From contig NC_043009.1 in assembly GCF_006345805.1 (NCBI RefSeq), forward strand, positions 19,530,001 through 19,594,000: DNA of 64,000 nucleotides, given 5' to 3'. The DNA comes from Octopus sinensis (lineage: Eukaryota). The notes beneath the pieces are model-generated. The model ran no database searches. It was given only the letters and a program-made list of their open reading frames with translations, and was not told where the DNA came from. The translations under genes and the position numbers were made by a program. Shown here one piece after another: positions 25,594-38,200 of the stretch. Positions within the stretch are counted from its first letter, which is position 1. Every line of letters begins with the position of its first letter.

Positions 25594-27120
25594 TTTTCAG
25601 GTTTGCAACAAAGGTAATTTGTAACTGTGCTGTCTGTCAAAAGAGAGGAAAATTGAGTCCTGAGTGACATGTCAGGGTGTAACTGATGCTACAAGAAAAA
25701 CTACTGAAGACTTCCCACGCTGCTGTGAATCGATGGACTTTTCACAATTCACTGGCAAACTTCACATGAAGAATGCCTTCAACTTTATACCCCCAAAACC
25801 ACATGCTGGAATTCTGTCTTTGTAAAAATTCCACCCATCACACTGGAATAATAGTTGCAAACAGTGCGGTCAAAGCCTGTGAAATACAAGGGTTTTTCCA
25901 TTGCAGTTTCTCCAATATTTCTTAGAATAATTAATTCAATGCTTGATTATTATATTTTCCATTTTTTGTTGCCTCCTTTTACTTGTTTCAATCACTGAAC
26001 TGTGGCCATGCTGGGGCACTGCCTCAAAGGGTTTTCTTAAGAAAATTGACCCCAGGACTTGAGCTTTTCATTTAAGTCTGGTACTTATTCCATCAGTTCC
26101 TTTTGCTGGACTGAGAAGACATAGGAATGTAAACAAACCAACACCATTTGTCAAACGGTGTATGCGTGTGTGTGGAGGATACACACACACACATAACAGG
26201 CTTCTACACAGTTTTGTCAACCTGATCCACTCAGAAGACTTTGGTTGGCCTGGGGCTATAATAGAGGACACTTGCCTAAGGTGACATGCAGTGGGACTGA
26301 ACCTGAAGCCATGCTGTTGCACAGTGAGCCTCTTAACCACACAGCCATACCTAAACCTTTATACTTCAAGATCTTTACACACAAGCTACCTTGGTCAGCA
26401 AGACGGACTGACTTGTGATGGATGGTACTGGTTTTATTGGTCAGCAAATTTAAAGAGTTTTTATGTGAAAGACGAAAAATTAGGAAAGAAAAAAGACTCC
26501 ACCAACAGAGAGAGAGAGAGAGAGAGATGAAAAGAAAAAAGGATTTGTAGAGAAAAATAATCACGAAATATGGTGGAATAAAGTCACAGAAATGTTTGTG
26601 TGTCAGTGTATTTTGTGTTTGACTTGATCCCAACCATTTTTCAGTCAGTTTATTATTTCATAAAATATTTTGGTTTCCGGAAATTCTGGAGTGGTTTTCA
26701 CTTGACTTCTTCAGAAGCTTCATAAAACTTTAAGAATGAATAAATAAGAGACTCCATCAATATAGAACAACAATAGTTAAGTTGCTGTTGATATATTTAA
26801 GGTAGGGACTATTAAAAGGATTCATTCTTTGTCAGAAGGGAGTGAAATGGAGTATGTGATGTTCATGGATTTCCCAGGAGAATCAGTGACGCAGGTATGC
26901 TGGGAAACTTTATAGCAGGAAGGCTTCAGGATACAGCAGCAGGTCACAAGTATTTGGCCCTCTCATTTGTGTCCACTATTTTGAGGAAAGCTTTACTTCA
27001 AGGAAATAAATATTTATTAAATATTTAATTTTTTATTGAAAGCAAATGATGGTTGTCTTTCTTTAGAATCTTGATAGAAATATTTTTGTGCTACACTGAG
27101 TAATGGCTTACAGTGTCACT

Positions 27121-27152
<32 letters not shown>

Positions 27153-30100
27153 CATCATCGTCGTCGTTTAACGTCCGTTTTCCGCGCTAGCACGGGTTGG
27201 ACGGTTCGACCGGGGTCTGGGGAGCCAGGGGCTGCTCGATGATGATGGTGATGATGATTTCAAATTTTGGCACAAGGCCAGCAGTTTTGGAAGAAGGGTT
27301 AAGTCGATTAAATTGACCTCAGTGTGCAGCTGGTACTTATTTTATATACCCTGAAAGGATGATAGGCAAAGTTTACCCTGGTGGAACTTGAACCTAGATG
27401 GATGAAATGCCACAAAGCATTTTGCCTGGCATGCTAATGATTCTGCCAGCTTAACTGTTTACAAATATTGGTTTTAAATTTTGTCCCAAGGCCAGCAAGT
27501 TTGGGGTGGAGTCAGTTATATCAACCCCACTTATTCAACTGGTACTTATTTTATCAAAGTTGACTTTGAAGTCAGAATGGTAAAACAGATGAAATGCTTT
27601 GTAAAGGCAGACAAAATGGATGTCACCATCAAACATGTAGAGTCCCTTAATAATCAAGACATGCAGAAATATTAGCTTGTTTGGTAACAGGTGAGTGTTA
27701 GCAACAGGAATAACATCCAGGAGAAGAAAATCTGCTTTACCTATGAAAGCATGGAAAAGTGAACACCAAAGTAATGGTACATATATGTATACCTCATAAT
27801 TTTTATATGTATTTATTATTTATATAATACAGTAGTTATATATTTAGATCTAAAACACCTAATATAGTTATATATTTATTTTACATGCGAAAAACATTTG
27901 AGCGAGTGCCATGTAAAAACTCTTGTGCTGGTCTTGTGTAAAAAGCACCCAGCACCCTCTGTAAAATGGTTGGCATTAGGAAGGGCATCCGACCATAGAA
28001 ATTAAGCCAAATCAGACTGGAACCTGGTGCAGCTTCCTAGCTCTGGTCAAACTGTCCTACCCATGCAAGCATTGAAAATGGACGTTAAAGGATGATGATG
28101 ATCATGCTCATACGCATGTGTATCTACACACACACACACACACACATTAATTCACTAGCAACAGTTTCATTCAGCATCTTCCTAATACAATCTGCTACTT
28201 TTTGAAAATTTTTTGCTGTTTTTATAGAATTGAACTGGTGACCTTTGTGACCTGATGTTGAAAACAGGGTCTATATCATTGCATGGGAAGAGACTAATAA
28301 GGAAAATAAAAGTCAAATAGGTGGGGATCCCTACATGGGTTGCTTGACCTTTAAAAAACAGCAGCAAAATCTCCTTCAAATCACACCTTGTTGTCTTATA
28401 AAAGAGATGTAAAATAATGTGGCCCTGGATTATATATCTTTAAGAGAATGATATACTAGGGATATCACATTGATGTGGTTTGACCCTTGAATGAAGAGAA
28501 TCCCTTTTTACAGAATCCCCAGCCCAGTGCTATGAGGTTTTGCCACCTTTAGCATCTCATCAGGAAAATCAATCATTTAAGTGTTTGCTTTAAATTTGAA
28601 CTTCAGATAATCAATACCAACACCTCCTTCATCTGACAACGCACCCAATACCTGAACCGTTACACAGTTATTTAACCAGCTAGAAAAAGCAGCGAAATTT
28701 CCTTCAAATCACATGCAACCATCTTATAAAAAGGTTAGATTGTATTACGTAGTTCTAGGGTTTTAGAACATAGGATAGACCAAATGGTCATGGTTGGAAG
28801 GCTTTTTGTTTTAGGTTTGCATAAACAGGGTTGACTTAGTGCTACACAACAACAACACAGACACAAGTACAAAAGATGGAGGGAAATCATATAATAATAA
28901 GAAAACAAAAAAGTTGAAACTAAAAGAGCAGGAAGTGAACCATTTTAGACGAGTAAATTACGTATGTGTGACCAGTGGAGTCATTATATCCAATTAGCCT
29001 AATTTCCTTCTGAAATTCAACACTGAATCAAACAGAGATTTCAAATGCCACCCACACATGTGAAGATCTAACACAGTTTAAATGTCTCAGCTTGTTTCAA
29101 GGCAATTCCTGGAATTGGAGAATACCTGGGAAACAATATACAAGGCATCGGTTCCGATAAATTGTTTCTAAAAATTTCCCGATGAAATTATTGGCTCAAT
29201 GATCCGAGTTGTTTAGAATTAATAGTTTTGTAGACACAATATTTTAGAATCATAATTAATACTTCTCTGGGAATAAAATTTCAGTAAGAATTTGTTGGCA
29301 GCAAATGATGTAAAATCTATTACAGCATATTTGATTCTGGTAAATTTTTCCAAATATCAACGCTAGTGGGATAATTGTTATTTTCCCTCAGAGATGCTAC
29401 AGCAATTAAATACAGAGATAGCAACTATCAATGTCTATCTTGTCACAACATAATCTCAACAAACACAACTGGGTGAGTTCACTTACATAAACACCAGAGT
29501 AGTTCCAGGAAAACAATTGTCAGTGTTTATGCCAATGCTCCAGTCTTTCTATGATTTTTCTGTGAACACAATATTAGTTTCTCTCTATTACTATTGCTGT
29601 ATGTTTACCATTCTTTATGGACTCAACAACCATCAGTTATTCTATGTTAAAAAGTTTATAATTCTCTACCAGCACATCAACTATTAAGTTTCTCCATCTT
29701 ACTGCTGTAGCATCTCATAAGTTTCCTGTGGATACAACAACCACCAGTTACTCAATGCTGCAAATGCTGAGCCTCAACAATTCTCTGTACCCATAACGAT
29801 TATTAGTTTCTCCATGTGACTACTGTGACACCCCAACAATCCCTTTCTTTAGGTTACTACCTCAGAGTCTCCACAATCATAATTCACTGTTCTCAGTTTT
29901 GTATTTTATTTTCTTTCCTTGATTTTTCCTTCCACTTTGTATTGTTTTTGATGCGTCTTGAAACTTGAATCTCTCTTACACAAATGACTTTCACTTACCT
30001 CTCTTTATACCTTGATTTCAAATCCTGCATAAGACAACCATCACACTTGTATCAATAATACATGTACCAGTGGAATATTAGTCAATTCAATTCAACATGA

Positions 30101-30284
30101 AGCTCCCTTTTACTAAGCGAGAGGCCATATACAAATTAGCATGAAGTGTAAGGATGCAGAAAAACATCAACTTGCTAGAAATAAGAGCTAAAGTCTTAAT
30201 TAAATCACAGTAAAGCACCAAAATAACAGTAGGCAAGGAAATGGAAAAAATATATTCAAAAACACACCTATGGAAGATCATGCT

Positions 30285-30672
30285 ACATACCCAAGTTTTG
30301 GCTTCTGGAAATTTAATCCATGATCCTCTTCAGTGGAGAAGTTTTCACTTCCTCATAACTGGAATAATGTTTGCCTCTCAAACCCTCTTTTGTGGCGCCA
30401 AAGAGATGATAGTCAGAAGGCACTAAATCTGGTGAGTGTGGAGGTAGTGAAGAAGTGGCTCAAAGAACAGTCAACAGAATTTTATGGGGCAGGGATACAT
30501 GCTCTCATTCGAAGGTGGAACATTGCTACTGAGAGAAACAGTGACTATGTTGAGAAGTAGGTATGTGATCCACAGAGGACCAGCTTCATTTTGATGTATG
30601 ATACATGTTCCTCTGTTGGTAATTATACCTGTCCTAAACAAAATGGCATTACTTTTTGACGCACCCTTGTTG
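30285..30672 (+). mobile_element. Mariner-like element, 3' end
   Basis: C-terminus VVKKWLKEQSTEFYGAGIHALIRRWNIATERNSDYVEK-stop and terminal repeat ttactttttgacgcacccttg. Confidence 0.78.
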
Positions 30673-31940
30673 TGTGTGTGTATATATATATATATATGCT
30701 ATAGTCTCAGGTGCACCAAAGCCTGGTGAGTGGATTTTGTACACGAAAACTGAAAGACTGTCATATGTATGTGTATATTTGTGTGTGTGTTTGTACCCAC
30801 ACCTTGCTTAACAACCAATGTTGCTGTGTTTATGTACCCGTAACATAGCCATTTCGCAAGACACACCAATAGAATAAGTACTAGGCTTACAAAGAGTAAA
30901 TCTTGGGTCTGAGTTCTTCAATTAAAGGTAGTGCTCTAGCATGGCTGAAGGCACATGACCAAAACAAGTAAAACAATAAAAAGCTATGGCATTTTAAACC
31001 CAAGCAACATCGGTAATCTCTGCTACTATATATATATATAAAACTGAGCATGTCTTGTGTTTTTCATTAAAACTTGAGAACAACCAAACCAATTTCATTC
31101 TAATTCTATATGTGCCTTACTTAGGGTCCATGCAGTGTCACGGGCCAAAAACATTTTTAACTTCTTGCCTAATGCAAGCCCGGAGCAATTTCTTATTTCT
31201 TACACTATTTCAATATTACGTGTCAAAAGTTTAGACTTGTTGGTAATACAAGAATTTCCAGCTTCACTAATTATTTTATAAAACCCTAAACGTGCTTAGT
31301 GATCTCATTCTTTGACCCGATCCTTTCTTCTGTTATGGACAGCTTCCAGTTGGAACACAACACTTCAACCTACCCCATTCTTCTTCTTCTTTTGTCACAT
31401 GTGGTAACCATATTAAGTCTGCAGCACCACAGTTGATACTTTCAATAGTCAGTTCGTGTCTCTTCCATGCAACTTGACATTACAAACCTGATTCCATTAT
31501 CTCCGGATCACATCAAAAGTAATCCTTACATTAGCTTCTGATTGTGACATTCTATGACATGGACAGAGACAGACAAGCTTCGTTGCCAACAGAGGAACTG
31601 CTCTCAAATAAAGCACCTCCTTCCTGCATTAATTTGGTTAAATGGCCACTCAGAATCTCTCCATTTTAAACTGAAGTAACTGGACTTTAATACTACCATG
31701 ACCATCCTGTTAATTTCTTGAATAATCAGGTGTACAAAGTTGGCTGCCATTTGTAGCATACGAAGCAACCTTATTTAAATAATCCCAGAAGATATTACTG
31801 TTGGGCAAGCTGCTTTTCAAGAATACTTTGAGGTCAGCTAATCTGCTGGAAATAGAAATTCCATCAAATTAATCCAAGAAGCAAACTCTGGATAATGTAG
31901 TCCTTGATATACTGTCAAAAAAAAAAAAAAAAAAAATACA

Positions 31941-32365
31941 GGCGTGGCTGTGTGGTATAAAGCTTGCTTCTCAACCACATGGTTCTGGGTTCGGTCCCAC
32001 TGCATGGCATCTTGGGTGATTGTCGTCTACTATAACCTTGGGATGACCAAAGCCTTGTGAGTGGATTTGGTAGATGGAAACTGAAAGAAGCTCATCCTGT
32101 GTATGTATATATATATGTGTGTGTGTGTGGTGTGTGTGTGTGTGTGTGTGTGTATGTGTCTTTGCATCTGTGTTTGTTCCCCCACCATTGCTTGACAACC
32201 GATGGTGTGCTTATGTCCCTGTAACTTAATGGTTCAGCAAAAGAGGCCGATAGAATAAGTACTAGGCTTACAAAGAATAAGTCCTGAGGTCGATTTCTTC
32301 GACTAAAACCCCTTAAGGCGGTGCTCCAGAATGTCTGCAGTCAAATGAAACAAGTAAAGAAAATA
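31941..32365 (+). mobile_element. SINE A, full length, followed by a deleted copy to about 32560
   Basis: Same head, body and tail. Other copies or fragments at about 1290-1530(+), 19550-19800(+), 20270-20425(-), 25975-26350(-), 30690-30980(+), 32885-32990(+), 33930-34090(+), 35325-35480(-), 46441-46760(-), 48490-48650(-) and 63893-63990(+). Confidence 0.85.
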
Positions 32366-35099
32366 TAGGCGCAGGAATGGCTGTGGTAAGTAGCTTGCCT
32401 ACCAACTGCATGGTTCTGGGTTCCGTCCCACTGCCTGGCACCTTGGGAAAGTGTCTTTTACTGTAGCCTCGGTCTAACCAAAGCCTTGCGAGTGGATTTA
32501 GTAGATGGAAACTGAAGGTAGTGCTCCAGCATGGCCGCAGTCAAATGACAAACATAATAGAAAAACGCAAAACCTTTCACTGAGAAACAACCTTCAGTTC
32601 TAGCCTAGTTAGAGTTATTTCCCTTGCAGTGTTGACACCGTTTCATCTCGAGACGAACCAAAAGCCCCGGGAGAATTCTTCGGTTCGTTTGGCCAGTATG
32701 ACAAAGACCATGCTGGAGCACTGCATTCAAACGACTGTTTAAAGAATTTAAACATAATTAATCCAACTGCCTGTTCTAGATGAGATAAACGAAATAGCAA
32801 AGTTTTATTCAAATTGGCTTACATCAGAATTAACAAATTTCATTCTAGTTAAAACTAAAATTGTTAATCCCGATGTAAAGAAATTAGGCCATAGCTGTGT
32901 GGTTAAGAAGTTTGCTTCTAAGCCATGTGGTTTCAAGTTCGAACTGTACAGTACCATGGGCAAGTGTTTTATACTACATCTTCAAGCTAAACAATACTTC
33001 AACAATAGAATGTGGAGGGTAGAATATGCTGAAGACTTTTGGCTAGAAACTACAATCAGTCTTGCTTCGTTATTGAATGTAGTTTAGTAACAGGGACCAC
33101 ACCTTCAATTATTGTTTTTTTAGGTCTAATATAGTTGTGTTGACGTTGACATCCTGCCAGTCGCCCCACCCCAGGATATGACAGGCCTTCAACACTTTAC
33201 ATCCTTCCTAGATTTACTATAACCATTGCTAATGACTCAACCATGACCCTCGTTTATTTAACCGGAGCAATGAATTATCAAATACTTCAGTTTAGAAAAC
33301 TGAGAAGCAAAATTAATAGAAGAGCAAAATCTTCAGATTAATTTGGACAAAACTAGTCTTAAGGTCATTAAATACATAAAACTGCTTTCAGTTTTTTAGA
33401 TTTCACAGTTAAATGATAAAATGGTAAGTTGGCAGAATTGTTAGCATCAGGGATAAAATGCCTTGTGGTATTTAATCAGGCTTTCTTTGTTCTGAGTTTG
33501 AATCCTGCTGAGTCAACTTCACCAATCATCCTTTCAGGGGTTGATAAAATAAAGTACCAGAGCTGATTCTTTCTGTCAGAATTGGTAACAACCAACAAGA
33601 TGGTAGGAGCCAACAGCAACCATCTTTTGTTTCTCCCTCAAAAATTCCATCATAAACCAACAGTTGTTGTCAAAGAAGCAATCAGAGTAACATTCAGTGA
33701 ATGATGCTGCAAGGAAGGAATCTGGCCCAAATACTCTATTTTATTTTCAAATGAGCCAGGTCTGGCTTCTTACACCTACCCAACAATGTCATTCTAAAAG
33801 TAAACTATCACATCACTGAAATCTTGAATATCTCAGATAATCCATAACGGATTCAAAGCAATGTGAATAAATAAGGATTACATTTGACAGAATAATCTGA
33901 ATGCTAAAGGGTTAAAGTATAACATTGTAGATGCAGGAGCAATCCTGTGTAGTGAAGAAGTTAACTTCCGAACCACACAGTTGTAGGTTCAGTTCCAAGT
34001 TTTGGCTACTAAAGCCCTGGGTCAACCAAAGTGTTCAGAGTGAATTTGGTAGATGGAAGTAGTGCAAAAACCTATTGCACATTTGCAAGATGTATGTATA
34101 AATGCGTTTAATGCATGCATGAATGTGTGTCTTGATGTTGCAGAACAGCTGTAAACGAACATCAGTGTTGTACAAGCAGTGACATTTATAATCTTGTGTG
34201 AGAGTGACCAGTGTGCTATGTGCTTGTGTGAAGGTTGAGGGAAAATATTACCCAGCGAAGGAAACATGTGACACCAAAGAAATGTATCTGGCCATAGAAA
34301 ATTTGCTTCAAAGAATTTTGTCTCACACAATTATGGTGAAGTGGATGTTACAATTCTGTTTCTATAACAGGGATGAAACTCAACTGGAATCAATGTGACA
34401 GATTTTCATGTTGGAAATGTGATCTTTTATTTCCATTTCTTCAATAAAATCAATGGATGTTATAAAAAAAGACAAACAAAACACTTAGCATATTTATGAC
34501 AATATTCATTGAAAAGCAGAAAAATATCGTGATAAATAGTTTGCCAAAATTACTTTTAGTCTTCAAATTTAGACTTGATGATATCCATTGTCAAGTTTTT
34601 ATTATTTTTTTTTACACATGATAGGGTGGTTCTTCATTTTAATAAAAATAAATAAAATAAATAAAAGAGAAATGAAAATATGTTCCTCAATAGAATAGTA
34701 TTATTAGTTGTTATTATTATTATTAGTGAATTTTGGTGAGTAAATATATGACAGAAATGGAAAGATTAAGAGTCAGTAGAAATCTTTCAAAAAATAAAAA
34801 ATTAAGAAAGCTATGAAAAAATAACAAAAAAAAAAAAAAAACCCCAATAGTTTGTTATTGATTGAATTGGGAGAAAATACTTTGTTTTTCTTGTTAAATT
34901 CCAGCTGTTATGTCAAACGGAAAACTTTGAAGAAATGCTTCTTATCGGGACTAAAATAAATACCTATATGCAGTAATTTATTGATGACAAAATAGTTATC
35001 TTTGTCAGCTCCCCACCCCCAACCTCGTTAACACAACAATTAATTTGTAGTATATTGTTTAGAGTATTAATTAAATAGTTCAGGTATCAACAACTGGAG

Positions 35100-35232
35100 C
35101 TAAGAATTGGTCTGTGGAGCGAGTCGAGAGATTAAGGCAATTCCCCTATAACAGAAGTTCTTCAAGAAAACAGGACACTGAGGTCTCGAACACAAAGTCT
35201 CCACGGTGATACGCATTTCATGAAACAAAGTC
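35100..35232 (-). CDS. TMEM33: TMEM33 terminal coding exon 7
   Basis: Acceptor ttcttttgcag; TLFHEMRITVETLCSRPQCPVFLKNFCYRGIALISRLAPQTNS-stop (TAG). Confidence 0.95.
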
Positions 35233-38200
35233 CTGCAAAAGAAAATACAGAATTCTGTTAATGAAAAGAATTTCTGCTCCACAGGACGGACACACAAAAA
35301 CAGGAAAAAAAAAAAGTCTAAGAAGCTTGCTTCTCAACGAAATGGTCTTGGGTCCTCTCTCACTGCAACCTTGGGCAACTGTTTTGGGTCAACCAAAATC
35401 TTGAGAGCCGAGTTGGAAGATAGAAACTGAAAGAAGCCTGTCGTATGAGTGTATATGTGTGTGTGTGTGTGTGTGTATACACATAAATAGAGGGTGCAAT
35501 GGGTAAATTGTTGCCTAGTCACCCATATAGTTAACCAGGTAATACATGAAGGAGTCACACCCAATGACTGGTGTAGCAGCACCAGTAGTCAACTGCTACA
35601 AAGGTAAAGGTGACACTTTAGATACAAACAATTAGAGGCATCAAGTTGTTGGATCAGGTAATGAAGGTCATGGAGAGGTCATAGCCCAACTAATTACAGA
35701 GAGAGTCAGTCTAGATGAGATGCAGTTTGGGTTCGTGCCAGGGAAAAGCACCACTGATGCCATATTTCTGGTAAAACAGCTGCAGGAGAAATACATAACC
35801 AAAGACAAACCTCTGTACCTGGCTTTCGTTGACATGGAGAAAGCCTTTGACAGGGTCCCCTGATCCCTTATCTGGTGGTCAATGAGGAAACTAGGGATAG
35901 GTGAATGGTTAGTGAGAGCTGTGCAAGTCATGTACAGGGATGCTGTAATAAGGTAAGGGTTAGCAACGAGTACAGTGAAGAATTCTGTGTAGGGGTAGGG
36001 GTCCACCAAGGATCAGTCCTCAGCCCCTCTTATTCATCATAGTCCTCCAGGCAATAACAGAGGAATTCAAGACAGGATGCCCCTGGGAGCTCATCTATGC
36101 TGGCAACCTTGCTCTAATTGCTGAATCACTATCAGAACTACAGGAAAAGTTTCAGGTGTGGAAACAAGGATTAGAATTGAAGGGCCTCAGAGTCAACATA
36201 GCTAAAACCAAAGTCTTAATAAGTAGGAAGGCAGACAAATCACAAATCCCTTCAGGTAGACGGCCCTGCTAGATCTGTAGAAAAGGCATAAGATGTACCA
36301 GGTGTAAGCTATGGACACATAAGAGGTGCAGCAATATCAAAGGGAGGCTAACTGGGAAGATAGTTTTTGTATGTGGCAGATGCTCAGGTGCTATAAAAAT
36401 AGAAAATGTGCAGAGGACAGCTTCTATCACATTCCAGGGAGAAAAACTACAAGTAGTTGATAGCTTCCATTACCTAGGGGACCAAGTCAGTAGCAGGTGA
36501 GGGTGTGCTGAAAGTGTAGCCGCTAGAATAAGAATAGCTTGGGCAAAACTCAGAGAGCTCCTACTTCTGCTGGCGACAAAGGGCCTCTCACTCAGAGTAA
36601 AAAGTAGACTATGATGCATGTGTACGAACAGCCATGCTACATGGCAGTGAAAATATGGGCCGTGACTGCTGAAGACATGTGTAAGCTTGCAAGGAATGAA
36701 GCTAGTATGCTCCACTGGATGTGTAATGTCAGTGTGCATGCATGACAGAGTGTAAGCGCCCTGAGAGAAAAGTTGGACTCAAGAAGCATCAGATGTGGTG
36801 TGCAAGAAAGACGACTGCGCTGGTATGGTCATGTGTTGCCAATAGATGAGGACAGCTGTGTGAAAGAGTGTCACACCCTAGCATTTTAGGGAACCTGTGG
36901 AAGAGGTAGACCCAGGAAGACCGGGGATGAGGTGTTGAAGCAGGACCTTCGAACATTGGGCCTTACCGAGGCAATGACTAGTGACCAAGACCTTTGGAGA
37001 TATGCTGTGCTTGAGAAGATCCGACAAGCCAAGTGAGACCACATCTGAGCATGATCGTTGCCAGGGCCATGGACTGGCTCCCGTACCGATGGCACGTAAA
37101 AAAGCACCATTTGAGCGTGATCGTTGCCTTACCAGCACATGTGCTGGTGGCACGTGAAAAACAACATTCAAGCATGGTCATTGCCGGTGCCGCTGAACTG
37201 GCTCCCGTGCAGGTAGCATGTAAAAAAACACCTTTTGAGCGTGGTCGTTGCCAGAACTGCCTGACTGGCCCTCATGCTGGTGGCATGCAAAAGCACCCAC
37301 TGCACTCTCGGAGTGGTTGGCATTATGATGGGCATTCAGCTGTAGAAACTTTGCCAGATCAGATTGGAGCCTGGTGCAGCCTTCTGGCTCACAAGTCCTC
37401 AGTCAAACCGTCCAACCCAGCATGGAAAGCAGATGTTAAACAACGATGATGGTGATGATGATTTTCGCGCATGTGCATTTTGTTAACTACACAGTATAGT
37501 AGGGTCAGTTGGGTACCATCTGTGAGAAAAACAGCATTATGATGCAAAACACTCAGCCAGAAATTTGGAAATGACGTGCTGTACTACTTGGCATTCGTGC
37601 CGGAAGTTACAAAACGATCATTTCAGAGTATTGGGTGTCAATCTGAGGACAGTGCAGAGGATTCAGAAAGAGTTGGATGAGTGTAATGATGATTATAAAG
37701 GTACGGCAGCTCCAGGGACATGTGAGTGTCTGAGTTTCTTATAAGGCCGGTAGTGTATGAAAACATTTGTTATTCCTCATACAAGATGAGAAAGGGTAAA
37801 TTCTTATCCCAAGCCATCAAGGACAAGAGGAAAGATGATGCTATGAAGCTTTTGAACAAGCTCAACCATCCCTTCCAACCAAACATGCTTTGGTTTTTCT
37901 CAGACGAGAAAAATTTCTCCCAGGATCAAATGGTGAACACACAGAACAGCCATTGGCTTGCCAAATCCTCAAAACATGTACTGAGAGTGATAAAAATCAA
38001 ACATCCAGTCAACATCATGGTATATGGTGTGATCACTTGTGATGGCGACGTTATGCCTCCATTCATCTTCCCACACAGCCTCAGACTCAACATCTGGCCA
38101 CTTAACTCCCCAGACTGCAACCCACTTGATATCAAGTGCTGCCCTTGGCCAAGAGGGTGGCTGCTGGAAGACCCTATGTCTGGCAACAGGACTCTGCACC

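Noticed and set aside
32580-32880. CpG-containing stretch as a promoter or non-coding first exon of the PLPP-like gene
   Set aside because: Embedded among SINEs and more likely another repeat; no supporting splice pairing could be established.
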